DNA of 64,000 nt from an uncultured Treponema sp. (GCA_949300145.1 CASGDA010000009.1:4749-68748), one strand, 5' to 3'; shown: positions 9,804-19,463, counted from the first letter of the stretch. The notes: a model not told the origin generated them from the letters alone. Numbers and translations are program-made.

Positions 9804-9901
9804 GGGCAAGAATACCACACGTGAAAATGCCTTGTCAATGTAAAGTCTTTTGTATATTCTGAAAGGGAAAAATAAACAAGACGAATTTTCAGGACGGGAA
9901 A

Positions 9902-11704
9902 ATGGACAGCTCTAAAGATTTGTGGCGGGAACATGTCGCCTCCTGCCTAAAAGAAATTGTGAGGGAAACAGATCCTTCGGCTTCATGCGAGGGTATGGAT
10001 AATATTGTGGTGGCGGAAATACCTCCGGATCCTGCGATGGGGGATTTGGGTTTCCCCATGTTCCCTTTCGCGAAAATCCTCAGAAAGTCCCCGGCGCAGA
10101 TTGCCGAAAAATGCGCGGCCCTTCTTGCCGGTTCTTTTCCCGACGCCGTTGTCAAAGCGGAGGGCCCTTATGTCAATGTTTTCCTGCCGAAAAAAGATAT
10201 GGCCGCGCGGGTTTTGGCGGATGTAATTTCCCAGGGGGAAAATTACGGCAAGACCGGCGTTCTGAACGGCAGGCGCATTATGGTTGAATTTTCCAGCCCG
10301 AATACAAACAAGCCCCTTCACCTGGGACATCTGCGTAACGACGCTTTGGGGGAGAGTATTTCACGCATCCTGAAATTCTGCGGCGCTGATGTATACAAGG
10401 TGAATATCATAAATGACAGGGGTGTGCATATCTGCAAGTCCATGCTCGCCTACAGGAAATTTTTTGACGGTAAGCAGCCGTCGGATTTTTCCGTTAAACC
10501 CGACCGTTTTGTCGGGGACTGCTATGTGAAGTTCAATGATTACAGCAGGGAAAATCCTGGGAAAGCCGACGAAGAGGCGAAGGAAATGCTGCGCCTTTGG
10601 GAAGCCGGGGATCCCGGCACCATCCGGCTGTGGAAGACCATGAACGGCTGGGCGTTGGAAGGTTTGAAGCAGACTTACAAACGTACAGGGATTTCCTTCG
10701 ACAAGATTTATTTTGAAAGCGAGACTTATCTGAAAGGGAAGGACGAGGTTTTTGCCGGTCTTGAAAAAGGCATCTTCTTCAAGGCGGAGGACGGCTCCGT
10801 GTGTGTGGATCTTTCCCCTCTCAACATGGATTTAAAGGCCGAAAAAAAAGTCCTTCTCCGCAGTGACGGAACATCCGTTTACATAACCCAGGATATCGGT
10901 ACCGCGATTTCACGGCACAATGACTGGCCCTTCGACGTCATGATTTATGTTGTCGGAAGCGAGCAGCAGTACCATTTCAAGGTTTTGTTTTATGTATTGA
11001 AGCTTCTCGGTTTTGACTGGGCGGACCAGCTTTACCATCTTTCCTATGGAATGGTGAATCTTCCCGAAGGAAAAATGAAGAGCAGGGAAGGGACGGTGGT
11101 TGACGGGGATGACCTTATAAACACCCTGAAAAACGAAGCCGCCGCTGAAATAAAAGAGAAGGAGAGGACTGACTCCCTCTCCGATGCGGATGCCGTCGCT
11201 GAAAAAATTGCCCTGGGAGCGCTTCACTATTATCTGCTTCAAACCAGTCCCACAAAAGACATGCTGTTCAACCCCAAGGAGTCCCTTTCGTTCAACGGGA
11301 ATACAGGCCCGTATCTTCAGTACATGGGCGCCCGCATTTCTTCAATACTGAGAAGGAGCGGGGAAGCGGATAAAGCCGCCGTCCTTGAAAACGCGCAGGT
11401 TAAGCCCGAACTTTTGACGGATCCCGCCGAGTGGGAGCTTTTAAAAGCCCTGTCCTCTTTTCCCGATGCGGTTACCAGGGCGGCGGAAAACAGGGATCCC
11501 AGCATTGTGACAGCCTTTATGTACACTGTCTCCAAATGTTTCAGCCGCTTTTATCATGACTGCCCCATATTTGATGCCGCCGGAAAGACAGAGGAGGAAT
11601 CCGCCTGTCTTTCCAGAACGAGGCTTGAATTGGCGAAGGCTGTGTCAATAGTTCTGAAAAACGCCGGCGAGCTTGTGCTTGTTCCCTTCCTGACTGAAAT
11701 GTGA
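9902..11704 (+). CDS. argS: arginine--tRNA ligase
   Basis: 600 aa with SSPNTNKPLHLGHLRN (HIGH) and a GKMKSREG (KMSK-like) motif. Confidence 0.95.
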   Translation: MDSSKDLWREHVASCLKEIVRETDPSASCEGMDNIVVAEIPPDPAMGDLGFPMFPFAKILRKSPAQIAEKCAALLAGSFPDAVVKAEGPYVNVFLPKKDMAARVLADVISQGENYGKTGVLNGRRIMVEFSSPNTNKPLHLGHLRNDALGESISRILKFCGADVYKVNIINDRGVHICKSMLAYRKFFDGKQPSDFSVKPDRFVGDCYVKFNDYSRENPGKADEEAKEMLRLWEAGDPGTIRLWKTMNGWALEGLKQTYKRTGISFDKIYFESETYLKGKDEVFAGLEKGIFFKAEDGSVCVDLSPLNMDLKAEKKVLLRSDGTSVYITQDIGTAISRHNDWPFDVMIYVVGSEQQYHFKVLFYVLKLLGFDWADQLYHLSYGMVNLPEGKMKSREGTVVDGDDLINTLKNEAAAEIKEKERTDSLSDADAVAEKIALGALHYYLLQTSPTKDMLFNPKESLSFNGNTGPYLQYMGARISSILRRSGEADKAAVLENAQVKPELLTDPAEWELLKALSSFPDAVTRAAENRDPSIVTAFMYTVSKCFSRFYHDCPIFDAAGKTEEESACLSRTRLELAKAVSIVLKNAGELVLVPFLTEM

Positions 11705-11731
11705 AAGCGCTCCGGTCTTCCGGACGGATTT

Positions 11732-12580
11732 TCAGCAGGGTGTTTTCAGTTCCGCCAGTTTGTCCAGAAATGTTTCCATCAGGGTGAAGGCGGCCGGGCT
11801 GAGGTTCCCTGTGGTGTCATTTCCGCTGTGCATATTTTTCCATGTCCGGGGGATAAAGTCCTCGCCGGTCTGGCCCGGTTCTTCTCCGGAATTAAACGCA
11901 TAGATGCGCTTTTCAATTGCGGAAAGATTCCCGCCGGCGTCGCCATGCAGGTGTAATGCCGCCAGAAGTTTCTCCGCCTCCAGGTGGGGAAGCACTGTTA
12001 TAAGCTGTGAAGGAATGCCCGCCGCAGTCAGTCCTGCGTTGTCGCTGTAAGGTGTCGGAAGTGACAGCCATCCGCCGGTTTCCCCTGCCAGGGCGGCGGC
12101 TTTCCTGAAAAGCTCCTCCCTTGTTTTGGTGAAGCTTTCGGGGCGTTTTTTCCCGGATGTGTACAGATCCGTGGTGGAAACTATCAGTGTGTCACCGCAG
12201 CCGCAGGCGTCAAACACAAAGACATCACTGTCGGTGAGCTTCAGCTTTCTCAAACCGAGTCCGAGTGTGAAGGCACCCTGGGCTTTCACCCCTCTGTTTC
12301 CGGCTTCCTCCGCCCCGGAGAAAATGATGCGTACATTGTGGTTTTTCATGTTGAGAAGCTTCGCCGCCAGATTCACCAGCATGAAGCAGGCGGCGCTGTT
12401 GTCGTTTGCGCCGGGTGTGTATCCGGTAGCGCCGCCGTGCCTGTCATAGTGGGCGATCAGGGTTTTCATTTTGAAAAAGGGATTGTACGCGCTTCCGCTG
12501 AAACGCACTATTATGTGCGACCGGCCCTTTAGATTCACAATGGAACAGGGTATGCCGCCGGCTTTCAGAAGCCTCTCCAA
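11732..12580 (-). CDS. M28-family peptidase-like protein
   Basis: IAHYDRHG...PGANDNSAACFMLVNLAAKL...IIFSGAEEAG resembles the M28 zinc-ligand regions (H.D, D, EE). Confidence 0.65.
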   Translation of the reverse strand: MERLLKAGGIPCSIVNLKGRSHIIVRFSGSAYNPFFKMKTLIAHYDRHGGATGYTPGANDNSAACFMLVNLAAKLLNMKNHNVRIIFSGAEEAGNRGVKAQGAFTLGLGLRKLKLTDSDVFVFDACGCGDTLIVSTTDLYTSGKKRPESFTKTREELFRKAAALAGETGGWLSLPTPYSDNAGLTAAGIPSQLITVLPHLEAEKLLAALHLHGDAGGNLSAIEKRIYAFNSGEEPGQTGEDFIPRTWKNMHSGNDTTGNLSPAAFTLMETFLDKLAELKTPC

Positions 12581-12654
12581 AAAGGAAAGTCTGTCTGTGT
12601 CCGGCGCGGTGAAAGCTTCGAATAAACCTGACTCTTTTCCGCCCGGGAATATAT

Positions 12655-12954
12655 TCAGTAATTGTCTCCTGTATAGGAGGGTCTGTAATTACGTCTCTGC
12701 TCCCTGGGCTTGCTCTCGGCGTGGTTCACCCGCAGCCTGCGTCCGTCAAGTTCCTGGTTGTTGAGCCCTCCGATTGCGGCTTCCGCCGCCTGCTCGTCCG
12801 CCATTTCCACAAAGCCGAATCCTTTGGATTGCTGTGTGTATCTGTCACGGATGATAACGGCGGATACAACTTCCCCGTAATTTGCGAAGGTGTTTTTCAG
12901 TGTGTCTTCTGAGGTGGAATAACTCAGGTTTCCAATGTAGATTTTTGAAGGCAT
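12655..12954 (-). CDS. RRM-type RNA-binding protein
   Basis: 99 aa with KIYIGNLSY (RNP-2) and KGFGFVEM (RNP-1). Confidence 0.85.
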   Translation of the reverse strand: MPSKIYIGNLSYSTSEDTLKNTFANYGEVVSAVIIRDRYTQQSKGFGFVEMADEQAAEAAIGGLNNQELDGRRLRVNHAESKPREQRRNYRPSYTGDNY

Positions 12955-13297
12955 AAAAGTCCTTTCCCGGTTCTGTCCGGAAAGAAAGTATTCCCGCGCA
13001 TATGCGCAGGATCATACAAGCGATGTTTCCTATATATTACAGAATTGAACCGAGGTGAAGGCATTCCGCCTTCGCAAAGAAACAGAAAAAAAAGCAATGA
13101 ACCAGGGCAAACAGTATAAGATAAAAGAAAAACTCCGTATGACTTTACCAGTCTATCCCTTTTTGTTGCTTTCGTCAAGAAACTGTTTCCGGGAAACTGA
13201 TTCCGGTGCGTGTATAAAAATGGGAATCAGGGATTGTAACTTGTGCGATGTTGGTCTACAATTAAAACATAATTCTTAATTGTTTTGGAGGGGTACA

Positions 13298-13720
13298 GTG
13301 AAAAAATTATCTGTTTTGTTTTTCCTTCTGCTTTGTTCCGTTTTTGTATTTGCACAGGATGAAAGCGGGGTTCCTGCGGACGGATATGCCGCCGGGAATG
13401 AGGCTGCTTCAGAAACGGACGGAGGCTCTTCGGATCCGTACCAGTTCATCGTTTATTCCGAGACGAAGGATAATGCGCAGATTGATTTGGCATTTAATGA
13501 ATTGACCGGTGTCCTCCGTGTCACATATACTTCGGTTTTTTCACCGAATGAAGGTGATGTCCTGATTTCCATCAGGGATTCAGTTTCCGCTTTCGCCCGT
13601 TCCAAGGGATATCTGAAGTTCCGTGTGTATCCTGATGAAGATTCAATTTCCTACAGGGACAACGGCAGGACGATGGTTTTCAAACGTTTTTATATCCTGT
13701 ATGAAAAGTCAGGTTTTTGA
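13298..13720 (+). CDS. hypothetical secreted protein
   Basis: GTG at 13298 sits 5 nt after GGAGGG (13287-13292). MKKLSVLFFLLLCSVFVFAQDE is a signal peptide. No family recognised. The ORF track starts at TTG 13280. Confidence 0.55.
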   Translation: MKKLSVLFFLLLCSVFVFAQDESGVPADGYAAGNEAASETDGGSSDPYQFIVYSETKDNAQIDLAFNELTGVLRVTYTSVFSPNEGDVLISIRDSVSAFARSKGYLKFRVYPDEDSISYRDNGRTMVFKRFYILYEKSGF

Positions 13721-13754
13721 TTCCTGCTGTCTGTAACCTGTCCCGGCTTTCAAT

Positions 13755-14504
13755 ATGGCAAATCCTCCTTTATACAGGGCGTGTGACCGTGCTGTTTCGG
13801 AATACGCCATGCTTCGGGACGGTGACGCCGTGCTTATCGGCGCATCGGGTGGAAAGGATTCCACCGCCCTGGCCGGGTATTTGTCCTCGCTTTTGAAAAG
13901 ACGCGGCGGTCCCGGATTCAGACTTGAAGCCCTTCATGTGCGTACTGAGTTTGAGTCCCGCGCCGAGGCTTCCGTTCCGGGTGAGAAGCTCGGTGCGGAC
14001 AGCTTCCGCCGGATAGGGGGTTTGTTTTCCGCCTGGGGGATTCCACTGCATGTGGCGGATGTTTCTGTTCTGGACAGGCTGAAGCCGGGAAGGAAAATGA
14101 GCTGCTGGTGGTGTTCCACCCAAAGACGGACGGAGCTCAATAATTTTGCCTTAAAGCACGGTTTCAATAAAATAGCGCTGGGGCATCATCTGGATGATAT
14201 ACTTGAAACCCTGCTGATGAATGCCTTCGGCAAGGGGGAGCTTTCCACAATGCCCCCTGTCCTTCATTATGAAAAATATCCGGTTTGTGTTATTCGTCCG
14301 CTGTGTTTCTGTGACACGGAAATGATAATCCGGCATACAAAGGCAGGGGGATACAGTTCGTCTGTCTGTACCTGCGCCTATCAGGACAATTCCTTCAGAA
14401 AAGAGGCCAGGAAAAAACTGGCGGCCCTTACCTGCGGGAGTTACCGGGAAAAACTGATGCTCTTTGAATCTCTCAGAAACATAAAAAACGGATATCTTCC
14501 GTGA
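13755..14504 (+). CDS. ttcA: PP-loop ATPase, tRNA 2-thiocytidine synthase TtcA-like
   Basis: GASGGKDS (SGGxDS PP-loop), CWWCSTQRR and ALGHHLDD motifs. Confidence 0.8.
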   Translation: MANPPLYRACDRAVSEYAMLRDGDAVLIGASGGKDSTALAGYLSSLLKRRGGPGFRLEALHVRTEFESRAEASVPGEKLGADSFRRIGGLFSAWGIPLHVADVSVLDRLKPGRKMSCWWCSTQRRTELNNFALKHGFNKIALGHHLDDILETLLMNAFGKGELSTMPPVLHYEKYPVCVIRPLCFCDTEMIIRHTKAGGYSSSVCTCAYQDNSFRKEARKKLAALTCGSYREKLMLFESLRNIKNGYLP

Positions 14505-14514
14505 GATTTTGCAA

Positions 14515-14542
14515 GCCCCGCATCCCTGCGGGACTTTGTTTT
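14515..14542 (+). terminator. rho-independent terminator after ttcA
   Basis: Stem cccgca (14517-14522) / tgcggg (14527-14532), followed by tttgtttt. Confidence 0.55.
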
Positions 14543-14580
14543 ATCCGGTTCGGGTTGGATTTTTCAAAATCAGATTAAAA

Positions 14581-14625
14581 TCAAAAGAAAGAATCCGCGG
14601 GGCCTCTCTGTTCCGGACCCCGCGG
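14581..14625 (-). terminator. rho-independent terminator after tpiA
   Basis: 8-bp GC stem: ccgcgggg (14595-14602) / ccccgcgg (14618-14625). On the minus strand it is followed by attctttcttttgatttt. Confidence 0.65.
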
Positions 14626-14634
14626 CTGCGGGCA

Positions 14635-15384
14635 TTATTTGCAGAGGGCGATGGGAGTAAAGGTGTCGGCTTTAAGGGCCGCTCCTCCGATTAAGCCTCC
14701 GTCAATATCCGGTTTGGCGAGAAGTCCGGCGCAGTTTTCCGCCTTCATGGATCCGCCGTACTGGATGATGATGTTTTCGGCGGCTTCCTTTCCGTACATA
14801 TCGGCTATGACCTTGCGGACATAGGCGTGGATAGCTTCCGCATCTTCCGGTGTGGCAACCTTTCCTGTTCCGATGGCCCATACGGGTTCATAGGCGATTG
14901 TGACTTTTTTGAGTTCTTCGGCGGAAATGCCTTCAAGACCTTTGCGGGTCTGCTCTTCGCAGACAGCCTCCGCTTTCCCGGCTTCCCTTTCTTCAAGGAG
15001 CTCCCCGATGCAGAGGATGACTTCAAGTCCGTGGGCGAGGGCCAGCTTCACTTTTTTGTTAATCATTGCGTCATCTTCTTTATAGATGTGCCGGCGTTCA
15101 GAGTGTCCGAGAATGACAACCTGTACACCGAGATCTTTAAGCTGAAGAACGGAAACTTCGCCTGTGTGTGCCCCCTGCTCATCCGTGCTCATGTTCTGGG
15201 CGCCCAGCAATATATTGGTTCCTTTCACAATTTTTGAAACCGCATCCAGCGCTGTGAAGGACGGGGCTATCATATATTTGTTCGGACCGTCTTTGAGACT
15301 CTTAACAAGTTCCTGGGCAAGCGCCTGCGCTTCCGGAACAGTTTTGTGCATTTTCCAGTTTCCTGCAATGAAATACTGTCTCAT
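14635..15384 (-). CDS. tpiA: triose-phosphate isomerase
   Basis: AGNWKMH, ILGHSERR and AYEPVWAIGTGK motifs. Confidence 0.95.
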   Translation of the reverse strand: MRQYFIAGNWKMHKTVPEAQALAQELVKSLKDGPNKYMIAPSFTALDAVSKIVKGTNILLGAQNMSTDEQGAHTGEVSVLQLKDLGVQVVILGHSERRHIYKEDDAMINKKVKLALAHGLEVILCIGELLEEREAGKAEAVCEEQTRKGLEGISAEELKKVTIAYEPVWAIGTGKVATPEDAEAIHAYVRKVIADMYGKEAAENIIIQYGGSMKAENCAGLLAKPDIDGGLIGGAALKADTFTPIALCK

Positions 15385-15457
15385 GTGTTTTCTCCTGTCA
15401 TGATAAAGTTGTGGCGGGATTTATCCCTTTCAACACATGATAACAAAAAAGCACGCT

Positions 15458-16288
15458 TCATTCAATTACTGTGATATATTCGCTGATTTCTTCTCTTACT
15501 CTTTCATGGGGAGCCGGTCCTCTTTCCATTTCAGGACCGGGACCTATTCCGTATCCGGGAGCCGGCCATCTTCCGCATTCAGGCGCAGGTGCTTTGACAG
15601 GAGCCGGCACCGGCCTGTGATCCTGTCTGCACATATCCGCATACCTCCTGTGTTCCGCTGCCGGATGTACATGATGGGCGCGATGTGCCGGAGGAAAGGG
15701 TGCGGGTCCGCGGCCTGAAAATTCCCTGTCAGGTGGAAAGGCTCCCGGTCTGCGACGGGAACCGGGATTTTCCTTCACGAGGGCGACGGCGGCTCCCTTA
15801 TATCCTTCCGGGATTCCGAATTCGGTTTTTTGGGCGGCATTCATGTCCTCCGCCGGGGCTGTAAGAAGGGAAACCGATACGCCCATTCTGGCGCCGGCTT
15901 TCATTATTTCGGCGGCCGCCATTCCCGCTGTAAAATCAGGATTGTTGCCGTTTGCGCTTTCTTCCTTCACCGCTATGATGATTGCCGAGGTGTTTTCCTC
16001 TGCATCCGCTGCGATTCCGGAGATTTTTTCCTTGTCGGTCACAATGGAAAAGTGCCAGGGTTTTTCACCGTCCTCCAGGCAGGGCATCCGCAGCGCACCG
16101 TGAATCATGAAGTCCAGTTTTTCACGCGGAACCTGCATCGCGGGCGGGTTTCCCCATGGATTTTCCTGGGTTTGGGCCGGTGCTATTCCGTCAGGTTCTT
16201 CAGCTTGTAATGGCGCCCGGGACGCCTGTGCGGTAACAGAAAAAAACGCTGCTGATGCAAAAATCAATGCTAATAAAGCTTTTTTCAT
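15458..16288 (-). CDS. secreted nitroreductase-fold protein with a Pro/His/Arg-rich C-terminal extension
   Basis: Signal peptide MKKALLALIFASAAFFSVTAQA. The core LDFMIHGALRMPCLEDGEKPWHFSIVTDKE...GIPEGYKGAAVALV resembles the nitroreductase family. The last ~100 aa are low complexity (see findings). Confidence 0.5.
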   Translation of the reverse strand: MKKALLALIFASAAFFSVTAQASRAPLQAEEPDGIAPAQTQENPWGNPPAMQVPREKLDFMIHGALRMPCLEDGEKPWHFSIVTDKEKISGIAADAEENTSAIIIAVKEESANGNNPDFTAGMAAAEIMKAGARMGVSVSLLTAPAEDMNAAQKTEFGIPEGYKGAAVALVKENPGSRRRPGAFPPDREFSGRGPAPFPPAHRAHHVHPAAEHRRYADMCRQDHRPVPAPVKAPAPECGRWPAPGYGIGPGPEMERGPAPHERVREEISEYITVIE

Positions 16289-16459
16289 AAGTCTCTCCTG
16301 TTATGGTAGTATTGAAAGTTTACGTTCGTTAAACAATAAAACTTATATGAAATAACCGTGGGTATCCTGTATTTTACAAAAGAATTACATCTTTGTTACT
16401 TCCGTTTTACACTGTGTTTTGATATGTTTTTTTTCCGTAAAAGATGATAGATTTACGCA

Positions 16460-17467
16460 ATGTTTTACCCTGAAGAAATTATTTTTGCCCCTTCCTCCCG
16501 CTGCAATTTGAAATGTCCCCACTGCTTTGTGCCCGGAAAAAGTTTGTACGGGGATTCCCCGGTTCTTGAGGTTGGGGAGGCCTGCTCGTTTTTGGCTTCG
16601 TGTCTGGAAGCCGGCAGGAGCGACCTGCTTGTCGGCTTTTCGGGCGGGGAACCTTTTTTATGCCTTGATTTTTTGTGCGGGGTTTCGGAATTCGCCGTTG
16701 AAGCCGGCTTTCTTTTTTCCCGTGTTGTTACTAACGGTGTTTTTTCCCGCTCCCGTGAGGAAATAAAAGCCGGATTATGCAGGCTCAGGGATTCCGGATT
16801 TGACGGGAAAATCGCTTTGAGTTTTGATGTTTACCACGGACAAAACGCGGAGGATGCGGCTTTTTTCCTTCAGACTGCGATGGATGTTTTCGGTGATTCC
16901 TCTGCAGGGGAGATATGGTCTGTAATTCCTCCTGAGGACAGGGCCGTGGAATTTTACCATGTGCTCATTAAGACAGGGGAAATTCTGGAAGCCTCTTTCA
17001 ACCCTCCCTCCGTTTCGCCTCTGGATATTTTAACCCCCGGCCGGCTGGTGTTGGAGGGACGGGATTTCTTTATTCCTGTATACAACAACCGCCGCAGCGT
17101 ATCCGCCGTGGATTTAAAATGGGACGGGGAGAACTGGTTTTCGGATGACTTTTGCGAAGGCCCCGGGCAGTGTATTTTTGTCCATCCTGACGGCGCCGCC
17201 GCCCCATGCTGTGGTTTCGCTAATTACCGGGACGCCTTAAAAATAGGACATATCCGCGAGGGCTACTCAGCTCTTATGGATAACGCCTCAAAATCCCCTG
17301 CTGTTTTTGTCTGCTATGAAAAGGGGCTCGGCGCCCGGCGCAGCGAGCTTGAAGCCGGGGGATTCGTTTTTCCCGGGAAAACCGGTGATATATGCGCTTT
17401 CTGTGATTATCTGTGTTCAATCGAAAACGGTTTCCCGGATAATGTTTCCGGCGGGAGCAATTCCTGA
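16460..17467 (+). CDS. radical SAM protein with a C-terminal SPASM/twitch-like Cys cluster
   Basis: CNLKCPHCF (CxxxCxxC), FSGGEPF, then CIFVHPDGAAAPCC (C-x6-G-x4-C) and CAFCDYLC. Confidence 0.8.
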   Translation: MFYPEEIIFAPSSRCNLKCPHCFVPGKSLYGDSPVLEVGEACSFLASCLEAGRSDLLVGFSGGEPFLCLDFLCGVSEFAVEAGFLFSRVVTNGVFSRSREEIKAGLCRLRDSGFDGKIALSFDVYHGQNAEDAAFFLQTAMDVFGDSSAGEIWSVIPPEDRAVEFYHVLIKTGEILEASFNPPSVSPLDILTPGRLVLEGRDFFIPVYNNRRSVSAVDLKWDGENWFSDDFCEGPGQCIFVHPDGAAAPCCGFANYRDALKIGHIREGYSALMDNASKSPAVFVCYEKGLGARRSELEAGGFVFPGKTGDICAFCDYLCSIENGFPDNVSGGSNS

Positions 17468-17540
17468 TACGCCGGAACCTTTGCTGTTGCTCTTTTCATA
17501 AACGGCCATTATACTTTCCTTGTTATTAAGGAGAAATAAG

Positions 17541-18026
17541 ATGGAATTTGAAAAAATATCGAGTTTTAGCATCGATCATATTAAGCTTAAACCGGGGTTG
17601 TACGTATCCCGGAGGGATGTGGTTGGAAATTCCGTTGTGACTACTTTCGATATCAGGGTCACCAGCCCTAATGATGAGCCTGTCATGAATACTGCGGAAG
17701 TACATGCCTTTGAACATCTGGGCGCCACTTTTCTGCGGAATCATTCTGTGTATAAAGACAAAATATTGTATTTCGGCCCCATGGGTTGCAGAACCGGCTT
17801 TTATCTGTTGATGTCCGGTGACTATAATTCGGAGGAAATCCTTCCTCTTGTGGGCGAAATGTTTTCGTTTGTGGCTGATTATGATGGTTCTGTTCCCGGA
17901 GCTTCCCCCAGGGATTGCGGGAATTATCTGGACATGAGTCTTCCCATGGCGAAATTTTATGCGAGGAAATACCTTTCGGAAGTCGTTTCGACTGTTGATG
18001 AAAGTAAATTGAATTATCCTGAATAA
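17541..18026 (+). CDS. luxS: S-ribosylhomocysteine lyase
   Basis: HAFEH metal motif and GCRTGFY. The ATG at 17541 is preceded by AAGGAG. The ORF-track TTG at 17520 is rejected. Confidence 0.9.
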   Translation: MEFEKISSFSIDHIKLKPGLYVSRRDVVGNSVVTTFDIRVTSPNDEPVMNTAEVHAFEHLGATFLRNHSVYKDKILYFGPMGCRTGFYLLMSGDYNSEEILPLVGEMFSFVADYDGSVPGASPRDCGNYLDMSLPMAKFYARKYLSEVVSTVDESKLNYPE

Positions 18027-18091
18027 AAATAAATATTCGCATTGTTTTATTCCGGGAATTTAGTGTGCGCCCGGATTATGGAGACTTTATT

Positions 18092-19396
18092 ATGGACGGA
18101 AATTCCGCTGAAGAAAACAAAGGGTTCAGGAAATACCTTCCGGTCACTTTCCTGATAGGGTTCGGTTTTTTTACTGTCGGTCTGATGGACCCACTCTATG
18201 ACAGTTATGTCCAGATTTTCCTGTCCGCTTACATTCCGAAAAAGACAGTGGTCGGGATGATTATGGCTTTGGACAATGTTTTCGCCCTGCTGCTGATTCC
18301 TGTGGTTTCAGTGTGGTCTGACCACACCAGAACCCCTTTCGGGCGCCGTATGTCTTGGATTGTTGTCCTTCTTCCCCTTTCCGCCTTGTTTTTTTCCCTC
18401 CTGCCTTACGCGGCGGAACGTTCGCTGTTTTCCCTCATGTGCGTTCTTGTGATGCTCAATATTTTCAAGCAGTCTGCCCGGGGCCCGGTTGTCGCCCTGA
18501 TGCCGGATATTGTTCCGGCTGAATTCCGCTCTCCCGCGAACGGTGTCATCAATACCATGGGAAATATCGCCGCCATAGCCGGTACGATTTTCCTCGCGCG
18601 GCTTATGGACGTGGATACGGTTCTTCCTCTTATCGGCGGAACAAAAAACAAGCTGGCCTTTCCTGTCGCCGGTGTCATAGTTCTTTTTGCGGTGCTCTGT
18701 CTTGTTGTCTTTGTCCGGGAACCCGCTTCTCCGGTGGTGGAAAGCGAAAAAAAGCAGTCCTTTTTACAAAGCCTGAAAACGGTTTTTTCTTCCGGAGACA
18801 AAAGTGCGGTTCTGATTCTTGTGAGCCTGTTTTTATGGTTCACCGCCTATCAGGGGGTTGCGCCATATCTGACGGAATACACCATAAAGGCTTTCGGTGT
18901 TACAAGCGGGCAGGGGCCTCTTTCCATGGGGATGGTGGGAATCTCCGGTGCGCTTGCCGCTGTCCCCGGCGGCTGGGTTGCCATGAAATTCGGCCGCAAG
19001 CGTGTAATAAGGGTTTCTCTGGCCGTTATTTCGGCGGTGATGCTTTTGTCCGCCTTTCTGGAACCGGCCGGCCTGTCCGCAGGGATTTCTCCTTCGGCCC
19101 TGAAATGGGTTTTCTGGGCCCTGCTCTTTATTTTCGGCATATTCTGGATTGCCGTCGCCGCGAATTCCTTTCCCATGCTCTGGCAGATGGCTGATTTTTC
19201 CATGATAGGGGCTTATACAGGCCTCTATTATACTTTTTCCCAGATGGCAGCCGTGGTTGCCCCCGCGGCCGCTGGAATTGTCATAGATTACGCGGGGATG
19301 CGCTCCATGTTTTTATTCGCCGCCTTCTTTTTTGCGGCCGCCTGTTTTGTCATGGGTTTCGTTAAAGGCGGTGAAAAAAACGACAGGCCCGTTTGA
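18092..19396 (+). CDS. MFS transporter
   Basis: About 12 hydrophobic segments. ATG at 18092 sits 8 nt after GGAG (18080-18083). The ORF track starts at GTG 18065. Confidence 0.75.
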   Translation: MDGNSAEENKGFRKYLPVTFLIGFGFFTVGLMDPLYDSYVQIFLSAYIPKKTVVGMIMALDNVFALLLIPVVSVWSDHTRTPFGRRMSWIVVLLPLSALFFSLLPYAAERSLFSLMCVLVMLNIFKQSARGPVVALMPDIVPAEFRSPANGVINTMGNIAAIAGTIFLARLMDVDTVLPLIGGTKNKLAFPVAGVIVLFAVLCLVVFVREPASPVVESEKKQSFLQSLKTVFSSGDKSAVLILVSLFLWFTAYQGVAPYLTEYTIKAFGVTSGQGPLSMGMVGISGALAAVPGGWVAMKFGRKRVIRVSLAVISAVMLLSAFLEPAGLSAGISPSALKWVFWALLFIFGIFWIAVAANSFPMLWQMADFSMIGAYTGLYYTFSQMAAVVAPAAAGIVIDYAGMRSMFLFAAFFFAAACFVMGFVKGGEKNDRPV

Positions 19397-19463
19397 CGGT
19401 TTCCCGTTTCAGCCTGAAGCACCTTCCCTGCAATGGTTGGATGCTTCAGGCCCGCGTGCCTTT

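Noticed and set aside
15437-15718. 93-aa plus-strand ORF opposite the Pro/His-rich tail of the nitroreductase-like gene
   Set aside because: I considered it a possible real gene, or a precursor peptide for the nearby radical SAM enzyme. It has no Shine-Dalgarno, is Ser/Arg/Phe-rich with no recognisable pattern, and lies about 740 nt upstream of the rSAM gene with the body of the opposite-strand nitroreductase-like gene in between. I kept it only as a caveat to the tail finding.
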